From an uncultured Candidatus Binatia bacterium (GTDB lineage: Bacteria > Desulfobacterota > Binatia > UBA9968 > JAJDTQ01), in the NCBI GenBank assembly GCA_964291295.2, contig OZ219754.1, positions 2,016,001 to 2,080,000 on the forward strand: 64,000 bases of DNA, given 5' to 3'. Position 1 is the stretch's first letter, and each line of letters starts with the position of its first letter. The notes beneath the pieces were generated by a model, which searched no databases, was not told the origin of the DNA, and saw nothing but the letters and a program-made list of their open reading frames with translations. Positions 28,443 through 37,394 of the stretch are shown in pieces. Both the position numbers and the translations under genes were made by a program.

Positions 28443-29483
28443 TCAATGGCCGTTGGGGGTCGCCAGCCGCCGCGGTATGAGTGAGCCGAGTCCATGGCGT
28501 CGCATCCGTTCGATGAACGTGGTGCGATTCAGGCCCAGCAGGCTGGCGGCGGTGGTCTTGTTCCCCTGGGCGCGCTCGAGTGCCTGTACCATCATCTCGC
28601 GCTGGAAGCGCTGGATGCACGTGTCGATGTCCATGCCTTCGCTCGGCAGCGCGAACGGGTCGAGAGGCGTGTCACGAAGGCATGGCTTCACGTAGCCCGC
28701 CATCTCCGGCAGGTCGTCCACGCGAATCTCCTCGCCATCGGTCAGCGTCACCATGCGCTCGATCAGGTTCTCCATCTCTCTCACGTTGCCCGGCCAGTCA
28801 TAGTCCTGCAGCCGCTTCATCGCCGCGCTCTCGATGGTCCAGCGACGTTCTCCGCTGAAGCGTTCCAGGAAGTGCTCCACCAGTGGCGGGATGTCGTCCC
28901 GGCGCTTCCTCAGCGGGGGCAGCTCCAGAGAGAGGATGGCGAGACGGTAGTAGAGGTCTTCGCGGAACTGTCCGGCGGGTATGGCCTCCTGCAGGTCGCG
29001 GTTGGTGGCCGCGACGAAGCGGGCGTTGGTATGCATGGCGACGTCGCTGCCCAGCGGATTGAATTCGCGCTCCTGGAGAACACGCAACAACTTTGCCTGC
29101 AGCCTGGGGGTGGTTTCACCGATTTCGTCCAGGAATATGGTTCCGTCCTTGGCGGTCACGAACCGTCCGGACCGGGACTGCTGGGCACCCGTGAACGCTC
29201 CCCGGACATGCCCGAACAGTTCGTTTTCCAGCAAGTCCTCGGGTATCGCGCCGCAGTTCACGGCGACGAAGGGGTGGTCGGCACGTCTGCTCCGGTCATG
29301 GATGGTCCGCGCGATGAGTTCCTTTCCCGTGCCGCTCTCGCCGGTTATGAGGACAGTCGAATCGCTTGCGGCGATCCGAAGCGTGAGTTCGAAGACGTTT
29401 CGCATGGCTTCGCTCTTTCCGATCATTACGCCGAGGGTATCGCAATCCGGTTGATTCGCTCGGCGATTCTTCAACTGCTCCAT
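28443..29483 (-). CDS. Sigma54-dependent enhancer-binding protein (AAA+ and Fis-type HTH) without an N-terminal sensory domain
   Basis: GESGTGKE, GAFTGA, FLDEIGE, FREDLYYRL, WPGNVRE and HTH; start MEQLKN after AAGGAGG. Confidence 0.92.
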   Translation of the reverse strand: MEQLKNRRANQPDCDTLGVMIGKSEAMRNVFELTLRIAASDSTVLITGESGTGKELIARTIHDRSRRADHPFVAVNCGAIPEDLLENELFGHVRGAFTGAQQSRSGRFVTAKDGTIFLDEIGETTPRLQAKLLRVLQEREFNPLGSDVAMHTNARFVAATNRDLQEAIPAGQFREDLYYRLAILSLELPPLRKRRDDIPPLVEHFLERFSGERRWTIESAAMKRLQDYDWPGNVREMENLIERMVTLTDGEEIRVDDLPEMAGYVKPCLRDTPLDPFALPSEGMDIDTCIQRFQREMMVQALERAQGNKTTAASLLGLNRTTFIERMRRHGLGSLIPRRLATPNGH

Positions 29484-29536
29484 TCGATTCCTCCTTAAGC
29501 CGAATTCTGGACTGTCTGTGTCAAAACGTTGCTTGA

Positions 29537-29552
29537 AGCAAGAGTAGGGCCA
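29537..29552 (-). promoter_or_regulatory. Sigma54 -24/-12 promoter for the activator gene
   Basis: Minus strand TGGCCCTACTCTTGCT (GG-N10-GC), ~54 nt upstream of the ATG. Confidence 0.7.
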
Positions 29553-29560
29553 GCCCTGTC

Positions 29561-29576
29561 TGGCAATGAATTTGCA
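29561..29576 (+). promoter_or_regulatory. Divergent sigma54 -24/-12 promoter
   Basis: TGGCAATGAATTTGCA (GG-N10-GC), close to the TGGCACNNNNNTTGCW consensus. Confidence 0.65.
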
Positions 29577-29716
29577 TGAAATTTTGACGCGCTGCATGAA
29601 GAAATCGAGGAAAACGGCAGTCAATTGGCCAGATGCCGTCGGTGATCTGACAAGGGCTGCGGGCCTGGTTGCTATGGTAAGGATAAATTCCCCTTGTTTT
29701 TCGGCAGTTTATGAGC

Positions 29717-29730
29717 GTCATAGCTATGAC
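29717..29730. promoter_or_regulatory. Palindromic GTCA-N6-TGAC box (candidate upstream activator sequence)
   Basis: Perfect palindrome GTCATAGCTATGAC; related sites GTCGGTGATCTGAC (29638-29651) and GTCAAGTTTCCGGC (29740-29753). Confidence 0.5.
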
Positions 29731-29854
29731 ACTGCCGTTGTCAAGTTTCCGGCAGTCCCGGTCCGGATGCGCCTGCCGCCCAGCCGCTGCCGGCGTCGCC
29801 GCAGGGCGTTCCCAACTTGAAAACGGTGGCCGAAGGACGTTAACTGGGGGGACC

Positions 29855-30745
29855 GTGGCGGATGGCGAGACCAGGAACAGTCGAACTTTGGCCGAAGGCG
29901 GCGACCTTCCCCCTGCTCCCCTGACCCTTGAGGGCTGGAGCGTCCTGCACCAGATGTTCCGCATTCGCTGGCCGGCGTGGAATGCGCATGGTGCCGCCAA
30001 GAGGCGGGAAGTGGTCGCAGAAGCCGTATCCGCGCTCAAGGGGATGGAGCGCACCCCCGAAGGCCGGAGCGGCCTGGTGTCGCTGCTGGGCCACAAGGGC
30101 GACTTGATGCTGGTCCATTTCCGCAACTCGTTCGACCGCCTGAACGAGGCCGAGTTGACGCTGGCGCGGCTCCAGTTCGCGACTTTCCTGGAGCCCACCA
30201 CGTCCTACCTCTCGGTGGTGGAACTGGGGCTTTACAGCGCTTCCGGGCAGCTCTACGGCTCCTTGAGCGAGAAGGGCGTCGCTCCCGGCACCCCAAGGTG
30301 GAAGGAGCAGGTGGAGGCTTGGCTGGCCCAGGCGCGGAAGACCATGGAGGGGCGGCTTTGGCCCGACATTCCGGCCCGGCGTTACGTCTGCTTCTATCCC
30401 ATGGACAAGCGGAGGGGCGAGGCGAGGAACTGGTACGACGCGCCGTTTCCGGAAAGACAGCGGATGATGCAGGATCACGGCTTCATCGGCCGGGGCTACG
30501 CCGACCGGGTGACCCAGATCATCTCCGGTTCCATCGGCTTCGACGACTGGGAGTGGGGCGTGGACCTCTTTGCCGACGATCCGGTGGTGTTCAAGAAGCT
30601 GGTCTACGAGATGCGGTTCGACCAGGCCAGCGCGCTCTACGGGCTGTTCGGCCCGTTCTACATGGGGCTCCAGTTCCGGGCTGAGGGATTGGATGCATTA
30701 CTGGACGGACGGACGCCGCCCTTCCCGGAGCGGTCCCCGGGTTAG
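29855..30745 (+). CDS. chdC: Coproheme decarboxylase / chlorite dismutase-like heme protein (HemQ)
   Basis: TLEGWSVLHQ, GHKGDLM, SYLSVVELGLY, FYPMDKRR..NWY, GSIGFDDWEWGV and YEMRFD motifs; GTG start inferred. Confidence 0.88.
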   Translation: MADGETRNSRTLAEGGDLPPAPLTLEGWSVLHQMFRIRWPAWNAHGAAKRREVVAEAVSALKGMERTPEGRSGLVSLLGHKGDLMLVHFRNSFDRLNEAELTLARLQFATFLEPTTSYLSVVELGLYSASGQLYGSLSEKGVAPGTPRWKEQVEAWLAQARKTMEGRLWPDIPARRYVCFYPMDKRRGEARNWYDAPFPERQRMMQDHGFIGRGYADRVTQIISGSIGFDDWEWGVDLFADDPVVFKKLVYEMRFDQASALYGLFGPFYMGLQFRAEGLDALLDGRTPPFPERSPG

Positions 30746-31006
30746 GGCGTGCGTGCCGTCCGGGGCCGGCACGGCATTCTCGGGTCCCATTTCGGGTCCC
30801 ATTCCGAGCCTCTTTCCGGCGGCAGCACCGGCCCGTGGACATGAGACACCGCCGCTTGACGTCAACTCCGGAAAGGCCAGGACGTGGCCGGTGCATCCGG
30901 CGCGGGAGAGCGAGCCTCGGGAGGCGCCTCCGACGCGACGTGGCCCGGCCGCGGAGGCACCCTCGACCGCCGGGCGGCAGGACGCGAACCTGCGACGGGA
31001 GGATGC

Positions 31007-32050
31007 TCAGAACTCCAATCCGATGCCGCGCGCACTGGCCAGCGCGAAGATCCGGCTGGCGATGGCGATGTCGGCGACGCCCTGCCCGGCGTTGTTCTTG
31101 AACAGGGTCGTCTGTTGCGGTGTCGTCCGCCCGGGTATCCGGCCGGTCAGCAGGTCGCACAGGTCGCCCACCTGATCCCATTGGAGGATGCCTCGCGCCA
31201 CCGGCTCGCAGAAGTCTCCCTGCTGGTCCTGGATGGCCTGTTCGCGGGAGTTGGCGACGAGGACGTCGGCCCGCCGCACGGTCTCGTCGTCGATCTCGCG
31301 GCGCTTGTGCCTTGCCAGACCGGCGTTCACGAGACCGATGTTGCCGCCGACGATGGAGGTGACGTGTGCGCCCGGCTCCAGCCAGGAGCCTTCGAAAACC
31401 GGCACGTTGGAGTTGGTGGCGGCGAGCACCACGTCGGCGCCCGCCACGGCCTCCCGGGCGCTGTTCACGGGGACGAGTTCGCATGATACCAGGGGTTGCA
31501 TTTCCTCACGGAAGGCGGTGCGGCTGTCGGGGGTGCGGCAGAAGAGCTTCACCTTCGTGAAGCCGCGTATGGCGGCGAAGGCCAGCAGGTGGTACCGCGC
31601 CTCGGCGCCGGCGCCGAGAAGGCCCAGCACCGCGGCATCCTCCCGTGCCAGGTGCCGGGTGCCCACTGCGCTGGTGGCTGCGGTGCGCAACTGAGTCGCG
31701 CGGGTGGCGGCCACGCCCCTGACGCCGAAACGGCCCACCAGCACTCCCTTGAGTGAAGAGTCCCGGGTATCGAACAGCACCACGCACGGACGGCCCATGT
31801 GGCGGTAGGTCTGATTCCCGGCGGATGTGGCCACGAACTCCGAATGGGCCAGTACACCGATGCCGCCCAGGCTGGGCACCCCGCCCGGATGCACGCTGAC
31901 CCGCGCTCCCTCCCGGGTCGTGACCCGGCGGCGCGGCGCATTGAGTTCGGCGTTGTCGCCGAGTTCCCGAAACCCGGCGGCCACCGCGTCGATGGCTTCT
32001 TCCATGGTGATGATGTCGGGTGCGTCTTCCGCTCGAATCAACAGCGCCAT
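31007..32050 (-). CDS. Ornithine cyclodeaminase/mu-crystallin family protein
   Basis: RTAATSA, GLLGAGAEA, GAHVTSI, EID and TLFKN motifs. Confidence 0.9.
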   Translation of the reverse strand: MALLIRAEDAPDIITMEEAIDAVAAGFRELGDNAELNAPRRRVTTREGARVSVHPGGVPSLGGIGVLAHSEFVATSAGNQTYRHMGRPCVVLFDTRDSSLKGVLVGRFGVRGVAATRATQLRTAATSAVGTRHLAREDAAVLGLLGAGAEARYHLLAFAAIRGFTKVKLFCRTPDSRTAFREEMQPLVSCELVPVNSAREAVAGADVVLAATNSNVPVFEGSWLEPGAHVTSIVGGNIGLVNAGLARHKRREIDDETVRRADVLVANSREQAIQDQQGDFCEPVARGILQWDQVGDLCDLLTGRIPGRTTPQQTTLFKNNAGQGVADIAIASRIFALASARGIGLEF

Positions 32051-32086
32051 GAGGCCTCCGGTCCTTTGCGCGCGCCGTTTGCGCGG

Positions 32087-33322
32087 TTACAGCGGCGCGG
32101 CGCCCGCCGCTGCCACCGGAGCCGTTCTGGGGAGGGCCCGTTCGTCGATGGGCCAGTGGATGATCGCGGCCGCGACGCCCAGGCCCACGCCGGTCCACCA
32201 GATGATCTCGTAGGAACCCGTGTAGTCGAACAGCAGGCCGCCGAGCCAGATGCCGATGAAGCTGCCGATCTGGTGGTCCAGGAACACGATGCCGTAGAGC
32301 ATGGCCATGTAGCGGGTGCCGAAGACCTGCGCCACGATGCCGCTGGTGAGTGGAATGGTGCTCAGGAAAAGTACGCCCATGAGCGACGAGAACACCACCA
32401 CGCTGGCGTAGGTCATGGGAATCAGGAAGAAGCCGGCCATGACCACGGCGCGCATGAAGTAGATGAAGCTCAGCAGGTTCTTCTTGCTGTAGTGATTGCC
32501 GAGGACGCCGGCCGCAAGGCAGCCGATGACGTTGAACAGTCCGATGAGCGAGATGGCGGTGCTGCCCATCGCCGGTGGCAGCCCGCCGTCCACCAGGATC
32601 GGGGGCAGGTGCGCCGCGATGAACAGTGTCTGGAAGCCGCAGACGAAGAACCCCGCGGTCAGCAGCAGATAGCCCTTGTGGCGCCGGGCCTCGCCAAGGG
32701 CCTGTCTCAGGGTCTGATCCGCCTGTGTCCTGCCTGCCGCCGGACGCTTCTCCGCCAGCGCCGCGGCCATCGGTACGAGGAGCCCGGCCATGGCGGCCAT
32801 CAGGAGCAGCGCGTCGGCCCATCCCCAGGACGCAATGAGGACCTGCCCGAAGGGCACCACCAGAAATTGCCCGCAGGAGCCCCCGGCGCTGCCGATGCCG
32901 AGATGGAGCCCGCGCCGTTCGGGCGGTGCAGCCCGCCCGATGACCGCGAGCACGAGGGAAAAGCTGGTGCCGCTCATGGCCACGCCGGTGAGAAAGGCGG
33001 TGCTGAAGGTCATGCTCCAGGGATCCGTGGACACGGCCATGAGATAGAGCCCGGCGACATAGGCCAAGCCGCTCAGGGCCACCACCCTGCCGGAGCCGTA
33101 ACGGTCGGCCAGGCCTCCGAGAACGGGCTGTGCCAGCCCCCAGATCAGGCTCTGGAGCGCGACGGCGAAGGAGAAGATGCCGCGGGGCCAACCCAGGGTG
33201 TCGCTGATGGGAATGATGAAGAGGCCGTAGGTCTGGCGGATGCCGAAGGCCAGCATCATCACCAAAGTGCCGCAGATCAGGACCACGACCGGCGTGCGCC
33301 AGGATTGTTGCATGGGTCTCAT
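32087..33322 (-). CDS. MFS transporter
   Basis: GIRQTYGLF, ADRYGSGR, GFFVCGF, HQIGSFIG and DYTGSY motifs; about 12 TM. Confidence 0.92.
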   Translation of the reverse strand: MRPMQQSWRTPVVVLICGTLVMMLAFGIRQTYGLFIIPISDTLGWPRGIFSFAVALQSLIWGLAQPVLGGLADRYGSGRVVALSGLAYVAGLYLMAVSTDPWSMTFSTAFLTGVAMSGTSFSLVLAVIGRAAPPERRGLHLGIGSAGGSCGQFLVVPFGQVLIASWGWADALLLMAAMAGLLVPMAAALAEKRPAAGRTQADQTLRQALGEARRHKGYLLLTAGFFVCGFQTLFIAAHLPPILVDGGLPPAMGSTAISLIGLFNVIGCLAAGVLGNHYSKKNLLSFIYFMRAVVMAGFFLIPMTYASVVVFSSLMGVLFLSTIPLTSGIVAQVFGTRYMAMLYGIVFLDHQIGSFIGIWLGGLLFDYTGSYEIIWWTGVGLGVAAAIIHWPIDERALPRTAPVAAAGAAPL

Positions 33323-33464
33323 GAGTCATAGAGGCGGCGGGGGATGGAGTCAAGGCGCGGCCGGGGAGGTCCGTGGATGACAGGGGCGTGCGCATCGTGC
33401 ATACATCGTGCATGGAGTGTTTGAAATGCCGGGGGCGGCAACCCCGGCCGGTGGAGGTCCGGAC

Positions 33465-34361
33465 ATGGTTTTCAGAATAGGCACCGCGGATGCGGGCGGA
33501 ACGTTCGATACCCAGGGCGCGGCCATCGCCGGAATCTTCAACAAGCCGCGGCCGGCTCGGCAACGCTGCGAACTCACCCGGAGCTCGGCCAGCATCGACA
33601 ATGCCAACCGGCTGGACCGGGGCGAGATCGAGTTCGGCTTCATGGCGGCCAACTGGGTTCCCCTGGCGGGGCGCGGGACCGCGCCGTTCGACCACCCCGT
33701 CGGCCTGCGCATGGTTTCACCGGCCAACGTCGGCCCCCTCTTCTTTGTCGCGCTGGCGGATTCGCCAATCGGGAACGTCGCCGACCTCGCGGGCCGGCGG
33801 GTGGCCGTCGGGGGCAGGGGCAGCGGCATGGCCCGGCACGTCCACACCCTTTGCGATGCGCTGAGTATCCCTCTTTCGGCCTTCACCCCGATCTACGCGG
33901 GTTTCTCCGAAGGAGCCGGTGCCCTGGTGGCGGGGGACGTGGATGTCCAGTTCCAGTGCCCCATCCCCAACGCCGTCATGACCGACCTGAGCGAGCGGGC
34001 GCGGGTCAAGGTTGTCCCGTACCGGGAGGAGCAGATCGGGGCGGTGCTCTCGAAGGCGCCGTTCTACCGCCGGGTGGTGATGGCCCGGGGTGTTTTCAGG
34101 GGGGTCGAGAATGACATGGCCCAGGTCGGGGTGCTCAACGTGGTGGTGACGCACGAACGCGTGGACCCGGAGCTTGTCTACGCATTCGTCTCCACGCTGG
34201 TACGCAACACCGGGGCGTTGGCGCGTATCAGTCCCCTGTTCGAGAGCCTGGCCCGGTGCTGCGAACCGTTGCGGACGCAGGGGCCCGGGGCCCTGGAACT
34301 GGATGGGGTGCCGCTGCATCCCGGAGCACTCGAGGCCTACCGGGATGCCGGCTTCCTGTGA
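33465..34361 (+). CDS. TAXI-family TRAP solute receptor-like protein without a signal peptide
   Basis: IGTADAGGTF, SASIDN, DLAGRRVAVGGRGSG and PLHPGA motifs; start uncertain (33408-33465). Confidence 0.82.
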   Translation: MVFRIGTADAGGTFDTQGAAIAGIFNKPRPARQRCELTRSSASIDNANRLDRGEIEFGFMAANWVPLAGRGTAPFDHPVGLRMVSPANVGPLFFVALADSPIGNVADLAGRRVAVGGRGSGMARHVHTLCDALSIPLSAFTPIYAGFSEGAGALVAGDVDVQFQCPIPNAVMTDLSERARVKVVPYREEQIGAVLSKAPFYRRVVMARGVFRGVENDMAQVGVLNVVVTHERVDPELVYAFVSTLVRNTGALARISPLFESLARCCEPLRTQGPGALELDGVPLHPGALEAYRDAGFL

Positions 34362-34394
34362 GCGGAGGCGGCCGCAGCCGGCGTCAGGCGCGGA

Positions 34395-35756
34395 CTACCC
34401 GGTTGCCGTGGTCTGTTGCTGGCCGCGCCGCTCCAGGTAGTCCCTGGCGACGTCCGGGAACAGCGTGTAGGAGAGCAGGTCTTCCTCGGTGACGGCCAGG
34501 TCGCCGATCTCCTTCCGGGCCTCCTCCATCCTGGGCTTCAGGAGGTCGGCGGGACGGCAATGGATGGGTTCCTTCTTGCCCAGGACCCGGGCCTTCATCT
34601 CCTCGCTCACCGGGCCTGGCGGCTCGCCGTAGTGTCCCATGACGTAGTTGCGCACTTCCATGGTCACCACGCCGTAACGCTTGCCGGTGAGGACGTTCAG
34701 GGTGGCCTGGGAGCCGACGATCTGGCTGGTGGGGGTCACCAGCGGCGGATAGCCGAGATCCTGGCGTACCGCCTGCACCTCTTCGAGCACCTTGTCCAGT
34801 CGGTTCTCGGCGTTCTGTTGCCGCAGCTGGGTCACAAGGTTCGAGAGCATGCCGCCGGGAATCTGCGACTCGACGATGTCCGCGTTGACGCGGTTGCTGA
34901 TGGGGCTCTCGAACTCGCTGTACTTGCCGCGCACCTGCGTGAAGTAGTCGGCGATGTGGGCGAGCTGCTTCAGGTCGAGCCCGGTGTCGTGGGGGCTGCC
35001 CTTGAGGGCCACCACCACCGCCTCGGTCGCGGGTTGGGATGTGCCGTGGGACAGCGTGGAGATGGCCGTGTCGATGATGTCCACACCCGCCTCCACGGCC
35101 ATGATGTAGGCCATCTGGGCCATGCCGGTGGTGCAGTGGGAGTGCAGGTGGACGGGGACGTCGAAGCGCTTCTTCAGCGCGCTGATGAGGTCGTACGCCA
35201 CATAGGGGGACAGCAGGCCCGCCATGTCCTTGACCGCGAGCACATCGGTGCCGGCGTCCACGAGCCTTGCCGCGAAGTCGACGAAGTACTGCAGCGAGTG
35301 GACCGGGCTGATGGTGTAGGACACTGCCGCCTCCAGGGTCTTGCCGGTGCGCTTCACCGCGTCCATGGAGGTCTTCATGTTGCGGATGTCGTTCATGGCG
35401 TCGAACACCCGGAAGATGTCGATGCCGTTCTCCGCGGACTTCTCGACAAAGGACTCCACGGCGTCGTCCGGGTAGTTGTGGTACCCGACGATGTTCTGTC
35501 CCCGCAGCAGCATCTGGAGACGGGTGTCGGGCATGGCTTCCCGGATCAGCCGGAGCCTCTCCCACGGGCACTCGTTCAGATATCGGAGGCATGCGTCGAA
35601 AGTCGCACCGCCCCACATCTCCACGGACCAGAAACCGATCCTGTCGAGATCCCGGGCGATGGGCAGCATGTCTTCGGTGCGCATGCGCGTCGCAAGCAGC
35701 GACTGGTGTGCGTCTCTCAGTACGGTTTCGGTGATCCCGACCCTCTTCCCTTCCAT
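34395..35756 (-). CDS. Pyruvate/oxaloacetate carboxyltransferase (OadA/PycB/transcarboxylase 5S-like) without a biotinyl domain
   Basis: LRDAHQSLLATR, EMWGGATFD, LLRGQN, KDMAG, HSH, PGGM and PPLVTPTSQ motifs; no EAMKM. Confidence 0.92.
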   Translation of the reverse strand: MEGKRVGITETVLRDAHQSLLATRMRTEDMLPIARDLDRIGFWSVEMWGGATFDACLRYLNECPWERLRLIREAMPDTRLQMLLRGQNIVGYHNYPDDAVESFVEKSAENGIDIFRVFDAMNDIRNMKTSMDAVKRTGKTLEAAVSYTISPVHSLQYFVDFAARLVDAGTDVLAVKDMAGLLSPYVAYDLISALKKRFDVPVHLHSHCTTGMAQMAYIMAVEAGVDIIDTAISTLSHGTSQPATEAVVVALKGSPHDTGLDLKQLAHIADYFTQVRGKYSEFESPISNRVNADIVESQIPGGMLSNLVTQLRQQNAENRLDKVLEEVQAVRQDLGYPPLVTPTSQIVGSQATLNVLTGKRYGVVTMEVRNYVMGHYGEPPGPVSEEMKARVLGKKEPIHCRPADLLKPRMEEARKEIGDLAVTEEDLLSYTLFPDVARDYLERRGQQQTTATG

Positions 35757-35847
35757 CCATCTCTCCTGGTGAGCGCGTGGGAACGAGAGTCCCGCACCCG
35801 CTCGGTTGTGACGTGCGTGTATGGCCGCGCAACGATGTAAATCGCCA

Positions 35848-35876
35848 AGGATACGGCAGGCAGGTTGCATTTGCAA
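35848..35876 (-). promoter_or_regulatory. Putative sigma70 promoter of the carboxyltransferase gene
   Basis: Minus strand TTGCAA-N17-TATCCT. Confidence 0.45.
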
Positions 35877-35915
35877 GCAAAATCGCGCTTGTGCGCGTCT
35901 TTTCGGAGCGGGCGC

Positions 35916-37394
35916 TTACGCGGCGGTGTCGTGCGCCGACGCGGCGCGGACCGGTGTCGCAGCGGCGCACGGCAGATGGATCGAGACCCGGGTGCCCTTG
36001 CCCGGACGGCTTTCGATCTTCAGAACGCCGCCGTGGGCCTGGGTGATGTGCTTCACGATGGCGAGGCCGAGACCGGTGCCGCCGAGCTCCCGGGAACGCG
36101 CCTTGTCCACCCGGTAGAACCGTTCGGTCAGGCGGGGGAGGTCCTTTTCCGGTATGCCGCAGCCGGTATCCGACACGGTCAACACCACCCGGGGCCCGTT
36201 ACCGTCGTTCCACTCCGGCGCGACGTCGGCCCGGACCTGCACCTCGCCGCGGTCGGGGGTGTACTTGAGGGCGTTGTCGACGAGATTGATGAGCAATTGC
36301 TGCAGGCGGTCTTCGTCACCCAGAATGGCCGGAGTATCCGCGCCGGACTCGGCGCGGATACGGATGTGCCTCCGGGCGGCCCGGTCCTGGAACAATTCCA
36401 TCACGCGTTTCAGCAACCGCTCCGCGGGCAGCGGCTGCATGCTCAGTCTGGCATTGCCCGTTTCCAGGTCGGATACGGCAAGCAGGTCGTCGATGAGGCG
36501 CCGGAGGCGCTCCGTGTGCCGGGCGACGACGTCGAGGAACTGCCGCGCCATGACCGGGTCGTCGGGCGGGTCGTGCAGGAGCGTCTCGGCATAGCCCTGG
36601 ATGGCGGTCAACGGCGTGCGCATCTCATGGGAGACGTTGGCGACGAAGTCGGCGCGAACCTGCTCCAGGCGTTTCAATCCGGTCACCTCATGCAGGACCA
36701 GCACGTAACCGGGCCGCTCCTGCCGCGTGTGCTCCAGCCGCGCCGCGTTGACCGCGAACCAGCGATCGTCGCCGAGGGTCAGTTCCCGATTCAGCGCATC
36801 GCGGGCGCCGTCTCCCTCCACCACTTCCCGGATGAGGGCCTGCATTTCCGGATGGCGTGACACCTCGACGGTGGACATGCCGCGCACGCGGAAGTCGGCC
36901 GGCAGGTTGAACATGGTCTGGGCCATCTGGTTCACCAGGATGACCTTGCCGCGGGTGTCCAGCACGACCACCCCTTCGATCATGCAGTTCAGGATGGACT
37001 GGAGCCGCTCGCGTTCCGCCGTGACCTCCTGAAGGCGGCCGGTCAGCGTCCGGGCCAGTTCGTTGAGGCCCGCCTCCAGCGCTCCCAGCCCATCCCGGCG
37101 TTGCACCGGAAGGGCCTTGCGGGGCGGCGTTTCGAGGCCGACGCCGCGGCAGAAGGCGACCATGTCGGCTACGCGTCTTCGCCCCCGCCGCTGCCATGTC
37201 ACGACTGCCAGAAGGGTCAGCGCAAGGGCCAGTCCGAAGGCGAACCGCAGCCACCCTGCGGCGGTCTCCGCCGATGCGTCGGAGGGCGGCGCCGCCGCGT
37301 AGCGGGAATAGAAAAAGGCGAGGATGAGGAGTGCCAGCGGGATGTAGCCAAGACACCACCGGGCCACGGCGCTATGTCTCGAGAACGCTTTCAT
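35916..37394 (-). CDS. phoR: Phosphate regulon sensor histidine kinase
   Basis: 2 TM, HAMP and PAS; DFVANVSHEMRTPL, NLVDNALKY, ERFYRVDKARSR and GGTGLGL motifs; start approximate. Confidence 0.9.
   Translation of the reverse strand: MKAFSRHSAVARWCLGYIPLALLILAFFYSRYAAAPPSDASAETAAGWLRFAFGLALALTLLAVVTWQRRGRRRVADMVAFCRGVGLETPPRKALPVQRRDGLGALEAGLNELARTLTGRLQEVTAERERLQSILNCMIEGVVVLDTRGKVILVNQMAQTMFNLPADFRVRGMSTVEVSRHPEMQALIREVVEGDGARDALNRELTLGDDRWFAVNAARLEHTRQERPGYVLVLHEVTGLKRLEQVRADFVANVSHEMRTPLTAIQGYAETLLHDPPDDPVMARQFLDVVARHTERLRRLIDDLLAVSDLETGNARLSMQPLPAERLLKRVMELFQDRAARRHIRIRAESGADTPAILGDEDRLQQLLINLVDNALKYTPDRGEVQVRADVAPEWNDGNGPRVVLTVSDTGCGIPEKDLPRLTERFYRVDKARSRELGGTGLGLAIVKHITQAHGGVLKIESRPGKGTRVSIHLPCAAATPVRAASAHDTAA

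Noticed and set aside
17154-30981. Shared CCTCG(C)ACCGCCGGGCGGC motif in two intergenic regions (near 17154 and 30961)
   Set aside because: Short, GC-only and imperfect; compatible with chance
35854-35869. CGGCAGGCAGGTTGCA sigma54-like element on the plus strand
   Set aside because: Points antisense into phoR, lacks the T before GG, and coincides with the spacer of a better minus-strand sigma70 promoter
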